A DNA stretch of 45,781 bases from Candidatus Limnocylindrales bacterium. GTDB taxonomy: Bacteria; Chloroflexota; Limnocylindria; Limnocylindrales; CSP1-4. Both the position numbers and the translations under genes were made by a program. Within the stretch, counting starts at the first letter, position 1. Every line of letters begins with the position of its first letter. Of this stretch, positions 18,956 to 27,642 are shown piece by piece. The DNA is taken from positions 1-45,781 of the forward strand of contig DATFPL010000140.1 of assembly GCA_035264845.1 (NCBI GenBank). Direction: 5' to 3'. The notes below the pieces were generated by a model. The model had not been told where the DNA came from, did not search any database, and saw only the letters and a list, made by a program, of their open reading frames with translations.

Positions 18956-21147
18956 GCGGCGAGGCGGCCACGACCGCCGCCCGCGCCTCGCAGGGGATCG
19001 ATCTCGGGCCGCTATTCGCGCCGCGCTCCATCGCGGTCGTCGGCGCATCCGCGCGGGGCGGGATCGCGGCCACGCTCCGCAACAACCTCCTGGTGACGGG
19101 CAGCGAGACGCGGTGCCACTTCGTCAATCCGCGCTACACCGAGCTCGGCGGCGAGCCGTGCTACCCCTCGATCGCCGCGCTCCCGGAGCGGCCCGACGTC
19201 GTGCTCGTGGCACTCAACCCGCTGCGCGCGGCCGCGGCCACGCTCGAAGCGGCACAGGCCGGCGTGCCCGCGGTCGTCATCCCCGGCGGCGGCGTCGTCG
19301 AGGGCGGCGAGGCCGCGGCGCAGATGCAGGCCGAGGTCGCGGCGATTGCCCGCGACCACGGCATTGCCCTCGTCGGGCCGAACTGCATGGGCGTCTGGGA
19401 CCTGACGACGAACAGCTCCGTGTACATCGGCGACGTCTCGCCGTACATCCGGCGCGGCGGCGTCGCGGGCATCGCGCAATCGGGCTCCGTGACCGACGCG
19501 TTCATCCACTCCGGATCGCGCATCGGCTTCTCGCGAATCGTGAGCTGCGGGTCCGAGGTCGTCCTCGACGTCTGCGACTACCTCGCCTGGTGCCTCGACG
19601 ACCCGGACACGCGCGCCGTCATCCTGTTCCTCGAGGGGTTCAAGCGGCCGGAGCGGTTCCTCGCCCTGGCCGACCGAGCGCTTGAGCTCGGCAAGCCAAT
19701 CTTCTGCGTGAAGGTCGGCCGCTCGCCGCAGGCACAGGCCGCCGCCGTCGCGCACTCCGGCTCGCTCGCCGGCGAGACACGGGTGACGGACGCGGCGCTG
19801 GACGCAGTCGGGGTCCAGCGGTTCGGCGACCTCGACGAGCTGCTCGAGGCGGGCGCGCTCGTCGAGGGCTGTCGCCGGACAGGGCGGGGCGTCGGTCGGG
19901 CGCGGACGACAGCGGTCACGGTGTCGACGGGCGAGGCGTCGCTCATCGCGGACCTTGCGCCGCGAACCCGGGTCGACCTGCCGTCGATCCCCGTCGAGAC
20001 CGTGGCCGCGATCGCGACCGCGCTGCCGACGATGTCGTACATCGGGAACCCGCTCGACCCGTGGGGCGCGGCGGACGCCTCGATCGCCTACCGCGCGGCG
20101 TTCGACGCGCTCGCCGCATCCGGCGCCTACGACGTGCTGGCGATCGTGCACGACTTTCCGTATCGCTCGTTGCCGTCGGAGGTGGCGGTGGCGGCCGACG
20201 TCACTCGCGCCCTCATTGCCGCGACACGCGACCGGCCCGACATCCTCCCTGTCTACGTCTCGCTCACGTCTGGCGAGCCGCCGCCGCAGACCGTCGGCCT
20301 CCTCGAAGCCGAGGGCGGCGGGATGCCCATCCTGCGCGGCGCCGTGGAGGCCTTCACCGCGATCGCCGCGCTCGGTCGATGGGAGGCTGCCCGAGCCGCG
20401 CGCGCGGTTGCAGGCGCCAGGCGGCCGGCGTGGCCGGCGATCGCGGCGGCCCGGACCTCGTGGGGCTTCGACGCGTCCCCCGCTGCGGCTCGGAGTGGCG
20501 ACACGAAGACCCTGAACGAAGCGGCGAGCCTCGAGATGCTCGCGGCTCACGGCCTGCCGGTAACGGCGTTTGCCCGAGCGGCGACGCCGGACGCCGCGGT
20601 CGCGGTCGCGACCGCCCTTGGGTTCCCCGTCGCGGTCAAGCTGGACGCCGAGGGCGTCGGGCACAAGACAGAGATCGGCGGCGTGCGACTCGCGCTCCCC
20701 GACCCAGAAAGTGTCGCGGCCGCCGCGCGGGACCTGCTCCGGCTTGCTGTCGCCGGCGCGAAACCGCGCGGCGTCGTCGTCCAGCCGATGGCGCCGGCCG
20801 GCGTCGAGCTCATCGTCGGCGCTCGTCGCGATCCGCAGTTCGGCGTCGTCGTCCTCGTCGGCTTCGGCGGCGTCGTGGCCGAGGCGCTCGACGATGTTGC
20901 GATCAGGCTCGCCCCGGTGACGCTCGCCGAGGCGCGGGAGATGCTCGGCGCGTTGCGCGGGTCGGCGGTTCTCGGGCCGTTCCGCGGCCGCGCCGCGGTC
21001 GATCTCGACGCGGTCGCCCGGATCGTCGTCGCCGCCGGCGACCTCGTCCTCGCGCGGCCCGCGATCCTCGAGCTGGACCTGAACCCGGTCATCGCCGCGG
21101 CCAACGGCGCGACGATCGTCGACGCGCTCGTGGTCGAGGTCCGCTAG
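18952..21147 (+). CDS. ADP-forming acyl-/acetyl-CoA synthetase family protein (CoA-binding + ligase + ATP-grasp)
   Basis: PRSIAVVGAS (CoA-binding), GPNCMGV, GIAQSGSV, and a C-terminal ATP-grasp-like segment (FPVAVKL...). The GTG overlaps the ACAD stop (GTGA). Confidence 0.75.
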   Translation: MSGEAATTAARASQGIDLGPLFAPRSIAVVGASARGGIAATLRNNLLVTGSETRCHFVNPRYTELGGEPCYPSIAALPERPDVVLVALNPLRAAAATLEAAQAGVPAVVIPGGGVVEGGEAAAQMQAEVAAIARDHGIALVGPNCMGVWDLTTNSSVYIGDVSPYIRRGGVAGIAQSGSVTDAFIHSGSRIGFSRIVSCGSEVVLDVCDYLAWCLDDPDTRAVILFLEGFKRPERFLALADRALELGKPIFCVKVGRSPQAQAAAVAHSGSLAGETRVTDAALDAVGVQRFGDLDELLEAGALVEGCRRTGRGVGRARTTAVTVSTGEASLIADLAPRTRVDLPSIPVETVAAIATALPTMSYIGNPLDPWGAADASIAYRAAFDALAASGAYDVLAIVHDFPYRSLPSEVAVAADVTRALIAATRDRPDILPVYVSLTSGEPPPQTVGLLEAEGGGMPILRGAVEAFTAIAALGRWEAARAARAVAGARRPAWPAIAAARTSWGFDASPAAARSGDTKTLNEAASLEMLAAHGLPVTAFARAATPDAAVAVATALGFPVAVKLDAEGVGHKTEIGGVRLALPDPESVAAAARDLLRLAVAGAKPRGVVVQPMAPAGVELIVGARRDPQFGVVVLVGFGGVVAEALDDVAIRLAPVTLAEAREMLGALRGSAVLGPFRGRAAVDLDAVARIVVAAGDLVLARPAILELDLNPVIAAANGATIVDALVVEVR

Positions 21148-21189
21148 CGCTCGTGGTCGCGCCGGCCCGGCCCGCGGAGGCCCCGACGC

Positions 21190-21195
21190 TACACT
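21190..21195 (+). promoter_or_regulatory. -10-like TACACT 7 nt before GTG 21203 (leaderless-type start)
   Basis: TACACT-ccgccgc-GTG. The same architecture occurs at six other first genes. Confidence 0.4.
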
Positions 21196-21202
21196 CCGCC
21201 GC

Positions 21203-22924
21203 GTGACCGCCGTGCCCCGCACGATTCGCACCGCTTCCGACCTGCTTGTCGAGTGCCTGGCTGCCGAGGGCTGCGAGCTCGTGTTCTCCGTTCCGGGCGA
21301 GGAGACGATGGACGTCCTCGACGCGCTCGGCCGGGTGCCCGGGATCCGTCACGTCACGACCCGCCACGAGCAGGGCGCCGCGTTCATGGCCGACGTCTAC
21401 GGCCGCCTCACCGGCCGCGCCGCCGTCGCGATGGCGACTCTTGGCCCCGGCGCCACGAACCTCGTGACCGGCGTCGCGGACGCGTACCTCGACCGGTCGC
21501 CGATGGTCGCCCTCACCGGCCAGGCCGGCTCCGACAAGCTCCACAAGGAGGCGCACCAGGTCGTCGACATCGTCCGGATGCTGGAACCCGTGACGAAGTG
21601 GAACGTCCGCGTCGAGCGGCCGGACACGATCCCGGAGATCGTCACCCGCGCGTTCCGTGTCGCCCAGCTCGAGAAGCCCGGGCCGACGCACATCGAGCTG
21701 CCGGAGAACCTGGCGGCCCAGCGTCTCGACGACGACGCGCACGTCCTCGCGCCGCTCCCGCCGATCGACACGCCATTCCCCGAGCCGACCGACGACGCGA
21801 TCGACCGAGCGGCCCGCCTGCTCGCGTCGTCGGAGCGCCCGATCATCCTCGCCGGCAACGGCGTCCTCCGGCGCCGCGCCTCCACTGAGCTGCGCGACCT
21901 CGCCCGCGGCCTTCACGTGCCCGTCGCCGCGACGTTCATGGGCAAGGGCGCGATCGACGACCGCAGCCATCTGTCGCTCATGGCCGTCGGGCTCCAGGCC
22001 CGCGACCACGTGCTATCCGGCTTCGACCGCGCCGACCTCGTCGTTTCGGTCGGCTACGACCTCGTCGAATACGCACCGTCGCAGTGGAACCGCGAGCGCC
22101 GGAAGCGAATCATCCACATCGATACGCAACCGGCCGAGGTCGATGCGGCGTACCGGCCGGAGATCGAGCTGGTCGGCGACATCGACGGCACGCTGCGGCG
22201 GCTGCTCGCCGCGGTCCAGCCACTCGGAATCGGCGGTCGGACAGCGACGCAGCGCCACGAGTCGCGCGAGATCCTCGTCCACGCCGACCTTCGCACCGCG
22301 CTCCTCACGGACCTCGACACGTTCGCTGCCGACGATGACGACGCGCCGATCAAGCCACAACGCGCGATCGCCGAGCTCCGCCGCGCGCTCGGGCCGTCGG
22401 ACATCGTCGTTTCCGACGTCGGCGCCCACAAGGTCTGGGTCGCGCGTCTTTACCAGACGTATGAGCCGAACACCGTGATCATCTCCAACGGCTTCGCGGC
22501 GATGGGCATCGCCCTGCCGGGCGCGATCGCCGCAAAGCTCGTCCACCCGGATCGGAAGGTCGTCGCGCTGTGCGGCGACGGCGGCTTCCTGATGAACAGC
22601 CAGGAGCTCGAGACCGCGAAGCGGATCGGCGCGAACATCACGGTCGTCGTCTGGCGCGACGACGGCTACGGGCTCATCGACTGGAAGCAGCGGGCGGAGT
22701 TCGGGCGGCCGTTCGGGGTCGGTTTCGGCAACCCCGACTTCGTGGCATACGCGCGGTCGTTCGGCATCGCCGGCTTCCGGGCCGACACGGCCGGCGACCT
22801 CTTTCGCGTTCTCATGGAGGCGCTCGATCACGACGGTCCGAGCGTCGTCGAGGTCCCGATCGACTACCGCGAGAACCTCCGCCTGACGGAGCGGCTGGGA
22901 GCGCTCGCGACCAGCGACGGCTGA
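21203..22924 (+). CDS. AlsS-like thiamine-diphosphate enzyme (acetolactate synthase large-subunit family, no small subunit adjacent)
   Basis: RHEQGAAFMADVYGRLTG, GPGATNLVTG, HQVVDIVRMLEPVTKW, GDGGFLMN. It resembles catabolic AlsS more than the ilvB at 3796. Confidence 0.8.
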   Translation: MTAVPRTIRTASDLLVECLAAEGCELVFSVPGEETMDVLDALGRVPGIRHVTTRHEQGAAFMADVYGRLTGRAAVAMATLGPGATNLVTGVADAYLDRSPMVALTGQAGSDKLHKEAHQVVDIVRMLEPVTKWNVRVERPDTIPEIVTRAFRVAQLEKPGPTHIELPENLAAQRLDDDAHVLAPLPPIDTPFPEPTDDAIDRAARLLASSERPIILAGNGVLRRRASTELRDLARGLHVPVAATFMGKGAIDDRSHLSLMAVGLQARDHVLSGFDRADLVVSVGYDLVEYAPSQWNRERRKRIIHIDTQPAEVDAAYRPEIELVGDIDGTLRRLLAAVQPLGIGGRTATQRHESREILVHADLRTALLTDLDTFAADDDDAPIKPQRAIAELRRALGPSDIVVSDVGAHKVWVARLYQTYEPNTVIISNGFAAMGIALPGAIAAKLVHPDRKVVALCGDGGFLMNSQELETAKRIGANITVVVWRDDGYGLIDWKQRAEFGRPFGVGFGNPDFVAYARSFGIAGFRADTAGDLFRVLMEALDHDGPSVVEVPIDYRENLRLTERLGALATSDG

Positions 22925-23081
22925 CGCGCCGCACGCGGGCACGGGCGTACGCAAGGTTCCCGTCATGCCCGCGCAACCCGAGGGCCGATCCGGACGGACA
23001 GCCTGCAACGGAGCAGGCCGGACGCTGAACTCGTCGGTGGTCGGATGATCCCCGCGCTCCGCGACCGCCGAGGAGGCCCGA

Positions 23082-23480
23082 TTGACCGTCATCAACGACG
23101 CCAACGAAGTCCAGTTCCGCGACTGGCTCGCTGTCCAGCTCCGCGCCCGGCGCATGTCCCTCCGGCAGCTCGCGCACCGGTCCGGTGTCAACGTGTCGAC
23201 GGTGTCGCGGATCGTTCGTGGCGAGCGCCGTCCCACGCTCAACACCGCCGTGCGCCTCGCACGAGTCGTGCACGACCCCGGGGACGAGTCGAGCGCCACG
23301 CGGTTCTTCGGCTCGCTCACGGCGGAGAGCCTCGACCCGGTACGTGAGGTCGAGCGCGCGCTGCGAGCTGACGATCAGCTCGACGACGACGACGTGCGTC
23401 GGGTCATGGAGGCGTACCTCGACGCGCGGCGCGCCGCCGCGCCCGCGCCGACAGCGGACCGACGCAAGACCCAGGCCTGA
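23082..23480 (+). CDS. XRE-family helix-turn-helix transcriptional regulator
   Basis: MSLRQLAHRSGVNVSTVSRIVRGERRPTLNTAVRLA. TTG start with GAGGAGG upstream. Confidence 0.75.
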   Translation: MTVINDANEVQFRDWLAVQLRARRMSLRQLAHRSGVNVSTVSRIVRGERRPTLNTAVRLARVVHDPGDESSATRFFGSLTAESLDPVREVERALRADDQLDDDDVRRVMEAYLDARRAAAPAPTADRRKTQA

Positions 23481-23506
23481 CCGCGCGCCGCGACGACGCG
23501 ACCGGC

Positions 23507-23537
23507 AAGAGGGCTCCCGCGTCGGGGGAGCCCTCTT
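23507..23537. terminator. 12-bp hairpin between convergent genes (possible bidirectional terminator)
   Basis: AAGAGGGCUCCC (23507-23518), loop, GGGAGCCCUCUU (23526-23537). Only weak U-tracts on either strand. Confidence 0.5.
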
Positions 23538-23552
23538 CGATTCCAGCGGCGT

Positions 23553-24284
23553 CTAGCTGATCGAGCCGCCCGGCTCTGGTGCATGGACCTCGACGTCGCG
23601 GAGCCCGCGTCCGGCGAGCTCCTTCCGAAGCTGATCTGGCGTGCCGGCGAGGAGCGGGAACGTCCCGTAGTGGATCGGCATGACGTGTTTCACGCCGAGC
23701 AGCTCGACGGCGAGCGCCGCCTCCCGCGGTCCCATCGTGTAGTGGCCGCCGATCGGCAGGAGCGCGAGGTCGGGCGCCCACAGATCGCGAATGAGCGCCA
23801 TGTCACCGAAGACCGCCGTATCTCCGGAGTGGTAGACGCGGAACCCGTTCTCGAGCTCGAGCACGAAACCCGCCGGTTCGCCCAGGTAGAGCGTCGTCTC
23901 GGCGCCGCCGTTCCAGTCGCCCGCGGAGTGGTCGGCCGTCGTCATCGTCACCTTGATGCCGGCAGCGTCGACCGTCCCGCCCTTGTTCATCCCGATCACG
24001 GCGTCGGCGCCGCCGGGAAGGTTCCGCGCGAGCCACAGCGACATCTCGTGGATGGCGGGCCAGGCGGGCCTCGTCCGGCTCGCGATCGCAACGGCGTCGC
24101 CCAGGTGGTCGCCGTGGCCGTGCGTCACGAGCAGCAGGTCGCAGCGATCGACCTGGTCCGCCTTCTTCGTGCTCCGCGGGTTTCCGAACCACGGGTCGAT
24201 GAGCACGGTCTTGCCCTGTGGCGTGCGGATCTCGACGCAGGCATGGCCGTACCAGGTGATCGTCGTGTCGCGGTCGATTGCCAT
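23553..24284 (-). CDS. metallo-beta-lactamase-fold metal-dependent hydrolase (UPF0173-like)
   Basis: ITWYGHACVEI and LLLVTHGHGDHLGD (HxHxDH motif). Confidence 0.85.
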   Translation of the reverse strand: MAIDRDTTITWYGHACVEIRTPQGKTVLIDPWFGNPRSTKKADQVDRCDLLLVTHGHGDHLGDAVAIASRTRPAWPAIHEMSLWLARNLPGGADAVIGMNKGGTVDAAGIKVTMTTADHSAGDWNGGAETTLYLGEPAGFVLELENGFRVYHSGDTAVFGDMALIRDLWAPDLALLPIGGHYTMGPREAALAVELLGVKHVMPIHYGTFPLLAGTPDQLRKELAGRGLRDVEVHAPEPGGSIS

Positions 24285-24358
24285 CGAGGAACCTCCAGTC
24301 CGCGCATCGTAACCAGCACCGGTTCGACAACCTGCCGGGGCAACCGCCGCCCGCGCCG

Positions 24359-24364
24359 TACACT
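24359..24364 (+). promoter_or_regulatory. -10-like TACACT 6 nt before GTG 24371 (leaderless-type start)
   Basis: TACACT-cggccg-GTG. Confidence 0.4.
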
Positions 24365-24370
24365 CGGCCG

Positions 24371-25207
24371 GTGCCCGCCCAGCGGATCGCCGAGAACCTC
24401 GCGTTCATCAACTGGACCGTGCTGACGAGCCTCGCCGTCGGTGCGTTCGCCGCGGTCGGGTTCGCGCGTGAGAGGACAGACGCAACCCGCGGGTTCCTCG
24501 GGTTCACCGGCGCGTGCGCGGTCGTGTTCGGACTGCTGGCACTGGCGTCCGACTGGGCGCTGCCGCCGTCCCTCGCCGGGTCGCCGATTGCTGCCAATCC
24601 GGCGTGGGACGTTCCGCGGCGAGTGGCGCTTGCGGCGTTCTGCGCGCTGGCGACGGCGTACGTCATCGCGATCGCGCGACGCCGCCGGGCGCTTCCAATT
24701 GCGGTCGGCGGCGTCGGCGCGGCGGCGCTCGTGCTCGGCTTCGGTGCGCTCGGCTGGGGTGGCGGGATCCTCGGCGCGGTCCCGCTCCTCGTCCAGCTCG
24801 TCGCGTTGAGCGCGGCGACAGGTGGCGTGTTCGCGGCGATGATCCTGGGTCACTGGTACCTCGTGACGCCGCGGCTGAGCGAGCGCCCGCTCATCCTGCT
24901 TTCGCGGCTCCTCACCGCCGTCATCGCCGTCCAGGTCGCGCTGTTCGTCGTCTGGGTCGCGCTCGGGGCGGGCCCCGGCGGCGCGGCGGCATTCGGCGTG
25001 CTCGTCGGGCCGTGGGCGCTGTTCGTCTGGCTCAGGCTCATCGTCGGACTGCTGTTCCCGCTCATCGTGTCGTGGGCGGCGACGCAGACGGCGCGAAGCC
25101 GGTCGATGGAGTCCGCGACCGGACTCCTGTACATCAACGTCGGCTCCATCGCGGCCGGCACGATCCTCGCCGCGGGCCTCTACTTCGGCGGCGGCCTGCT
25201 CGTATGA
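24371..25207 (+). CDS. polytopic membrane protein of unknown function (about 8 TM helices)
   Basis: Continuous hydrophobic helices and high GC3. The start was chosen from the leaderless pattern. This is the C-terminal part of listed ORF 24278..25207. Confidence 0.65.
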   Translation: MPAQRIAENLAFINWTVLTSLAVGAFAAVGFARERTDATRGFLGFTGACAVVFGLLALASDWALPPSLAGSPIAANPAWDVPRRVALAAFCALATAYVIAIARRRRALPIAVGGVGAAALVLGFGALGWGGGILGAVPLLVQLVALSAATGGVFAAMILGHWYLVTPRLSERPLILLSRLLTAVIAVQVALFVVWVALGAGPGGAAAFGVLVGPWALFVWLRLIVGLLFPLIVSWAATQTARSRSMESATGLLYINVGSIAAGTILAAGLYFGGGLLV

Positions 25208-25214
25208 GGACACG

Positions 25215-25880
25215 ATGAAGACCGATCGTGGCTGGATTCCGACCGAAACGGACCTCGACTGGATCGAGTCGTCCGGCCAGCCCGCCAACCCGGTCCTCGC
25301 GGAGATCGAAGCCGCGGCCGAACCGGACCGCATTCCGATCCTCGATCGGTCGAGCGGCCGCGTGCTTGCGGTCCTTGCGGCGGCGCGGCGACGGATCGTC
25401 GAGGTCGGGACCGCCTACGGCTACTCGACGCTGTGGATGGCGCTCGCGCAGCCCCCAGACGGCACGATCGCCACGATCGACCCCGATCGCGCGCGAACGG
25501 ACCTGGCCCGCGGCTTCTGGTCGCGCGCGGGCGTCGCCGGGGAGCGGATCCGCGTCGTCAATCGCCCGGCTCTCGACGCATTCGCGGCCGACGAGCCGGC
25601 GCTGCACGGTCCGTTCGATCTCGCCTTCATCGACGCCCTCAAGCCCGAATACCTCGACTACCTCGAGGCGCTCGTCCCGCGACTCGCTCCGGGCGCGCTC
25701 GTCGTCGCGGACAACGTCCTGTGGAGCGGCCGCGTCTCCGGTGAGCGGCAGGCCGATGCGGGCGACGAGGGCACGGCGGCGCTGCGTGCGTTCAACAAGG
25801 CGGTGCTCGCCGATCGGCGGTTCGTCGCCGCGATCCTCCCGGTGGGCGACGGGCTGCTCGTGGCGACGCTCCGGCCGTGA
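25215..25880 (+). CDS. class I SAM-dependent O-methyltransferase (caffeoyl-CoA OMT-like)
   Basis: IVEVGTAYGYSTLWMA (SAM motif I), FDLAFIDA, VVADNVLW. GAGGA precedes the ATG. Confidence 0.8.
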   Translation: MKTDRGWIPTETDLDWIESSGQPANPVLAEIEAAAEPDRIPILDRSSGRVLAVLAAARRRIVEVGTAYGYSTLWMALAQPPDGTIATIDPDRARTDLARGFWSRAGVAGERIRVVNRPALDAFAADEPALHGPFDLAFIDALKPEYLDYLEALVPRLAPGALVVADNVLWSGRVSGERQADAGDEGTAALRAFNKAVLADRRFVAAILPVGDGLLVATLRP

Positions 25881-26674
25881 CCGTCGAGAACCGCGACGGC
25901 GTGTCCCTCCGCGTTCGCGTGCGGCTCTTCGCGATCCAGCGGGAGCTGGTCGGCGCGCGCGAGCTCCCGGTCGAGCTGCCGGCCGGGGCTACGATCGACG
26001 ACGTGTGGCGCGCCGTCGTCGAGCGCCACCCACTGCTCCAACCGGGCCGCCCGTCAGTCCGGTTCGCCCGAAACGGTGCCTACGCAGAGCCCGGCGTCGC
26101 CGTCGAGGACGGCGACGAGATTGCGTTCATCCCGCCTGTCAGCGGCGGCGCGGACGACGCACCCGACGACGCTCCGGCGCGGCGCACCCTCGAGCTACGC
26201 GAGCACCCTTTCGAGGCGACGATCCTGGCGGAGCTGACCGCCGCCCTCGCCGATCCCGCCGACGGCGGTGTCGTCGGGTTCCTCGGCCGGACGCGGTCGA
26301 CGCCCGGCACACCGGCGCCCGGCCAGGAGGACGAGGCGGCGCGTCACGCGGGTCGCGCCGTCGAGTCGTTGAGCTACGAGGCCCTCGAGCCGATGGCCAT
26401 CGCCGTCCTGGGCGAGATCGCCGACGAGATCGAGCGTCGCTTCGGCGTCCGGCGCGTCGCGATCGTCCACCGTACCGGGGACGTCCCGCTTGGCGAGCCG
26501 AGCATCGCGGTGGTCGCTTGCTCGCCCCACCGCGATGAGGCGTTCCGCGCCGCGCGGTATGCCATCGACGAGACGAAGGCGCGTGCGCCGATCTGGAAGG
26601 CGGAGCGATTCGCGGACGGCCACGTCTGGATCGGCCAGCCGGCGCGAACGGGGCCCGCGGAGGAGCATCCATGA
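25877..26674 (+). CDS. fused molybdopterin synthase MoaD-MoaE
   Basis: The N-terminal beta-grasp segment ends ...FIPPVSGG. It is followed by a MoaE-like segment (GVVGFLGRTR, IVHRTGDVPLGEPSIAVVACSPHRDEAF, APIWK). Confidence 0.8.
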   Translation: MTVENRDGVSLRVRVRLFAIQRELVGARELPVELPAGATIDDVWRAVVERHPLLQPGRPSVRFARNGAYAEPGVAVEDGDEIAFIPPVSGGADDAPDDAPARRTLELREHPFEATILAELTAALADPADGGVVGFLGRTRSTPGTPAPGQEDEAARHAGRAVESLSYEALEPMAIAVLGEIADEIERRFGVRRVAIVHRTGDVPLGEPSIAVVACSPHRDEAFRAARYAIDETKARAPIWKAERFADGHVWIGQPARTGPAEEHP

Positions 26675-27519
26675 GGGTCTACATCAGCGTTGACATGGAG
26701 GGCATCGCCGGCATCTCGCATCACGCGCCGACGGGCCGTGGCGACGATGGCTATCCCGCCGCAGTCGCCCTGATGGTCGGCGAGGCGAACGCGGCGATCG
26801 AGGGCGCGTACGACGGCGGCGCGTCGGAGGTCGTCGTCAACGACAGCCACGGCTCGATGTTCAACCTCCTGCCGCGGGACCTCGACCGGCGCGCCGTCGT
26901 CATCCAGGGCCAGAAGCCGTGGTCGATGATCGAGGGCGCCCGCGCGTCCGCGGGCAGCGAAGCGTTCGGCGTCGCGCTCTTCGTCGGCTACCACGCGCGT
27001 GCGGGCCACCCGAGCGGGACGATCGCTCATACGTACTCCGGCGCACCGACGCTCACGACGCTCGACGGCCGTCCCGTCGGCGAGAGCGGAATCAACGCCG
27101 CGGTCCTCGGGGAGTGGGGGATCCCGGTCGGGCTCGTCTCAGGCGACGACGCCCTCGCCGCGGAGATCGAGACCTGGCTCCCGTGGGCCGAGCGTGTCGT
27201 CGTCAAACGCGGCATCAGCCGCAACGCGGCCGCGTCCGTCCATCCCCTCGCGGCGCAGGACCTCGTTCGGGCCGGAGCGGATCGCGCCGTCCGACGCGCC
27301 TCGGCGGGGGAGCTGCAGCCGTTGCGGATCGCGCGGCCGGTGACGATCGAGGTCGAGTACGTGGACGCCGGGACCGCGGACCACGCGGCGGTCGTGCCGG
27401 GCGCGGAGCGGTACGGTGACCGCGGCGTGCGCTTCACGGCGCCGGACGCGGAGACCGCCTACCGGGGCTTCCTCGCCGGCATCCGTCTCGCCGCGGCAGC
27501 GCTCGCACCGCTGCGCTGA
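26671..27519 (+). CDS. M55 family D-aminopeptidase (DppA-like)
   Basis: MRVYISVDMEGIAGI, VVVNDSHGSM, FVGYHARAG. The ATG overlaps the moaDE stop (ATGA). Confidence 0.8.
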   Translation: MRVYISVDMEGIAGISHHAPTGRGDDGYPAAVALMVGEANAAIEGAYDGGASEVVVNDSHGSMFNLLPRDLDRRAVVIQGQKPWSMIEGARASAGSEAFGVALFVGYHARAGHPSGTIAHTYSGAPTLTTLDGRPVGESGINAAVLGEWGIPVGLVSGDDALAAEIETWLPWAERVVVKRGISRNAAASVHPLAAQDLVRAGADRAVRRASAGELQPLRIARPVTIEVEYVDAGTADHAAVVPGAERYGDRGVRFTAPDAETAYRGFLAGIRLAAAALAPLR

Positions 27520-27642
27520 CGCCCCGATCCCACGTCGTGAAGGTACTCTGGCGGTCAGCGCCGTGGCCTTCCCGCCCGGCCGCCGGTCGATGACGAGGGA
27601 CATCGTGAGCGCGTCGGTGCCGTTCGCGCCCGGTCGTCGAGC

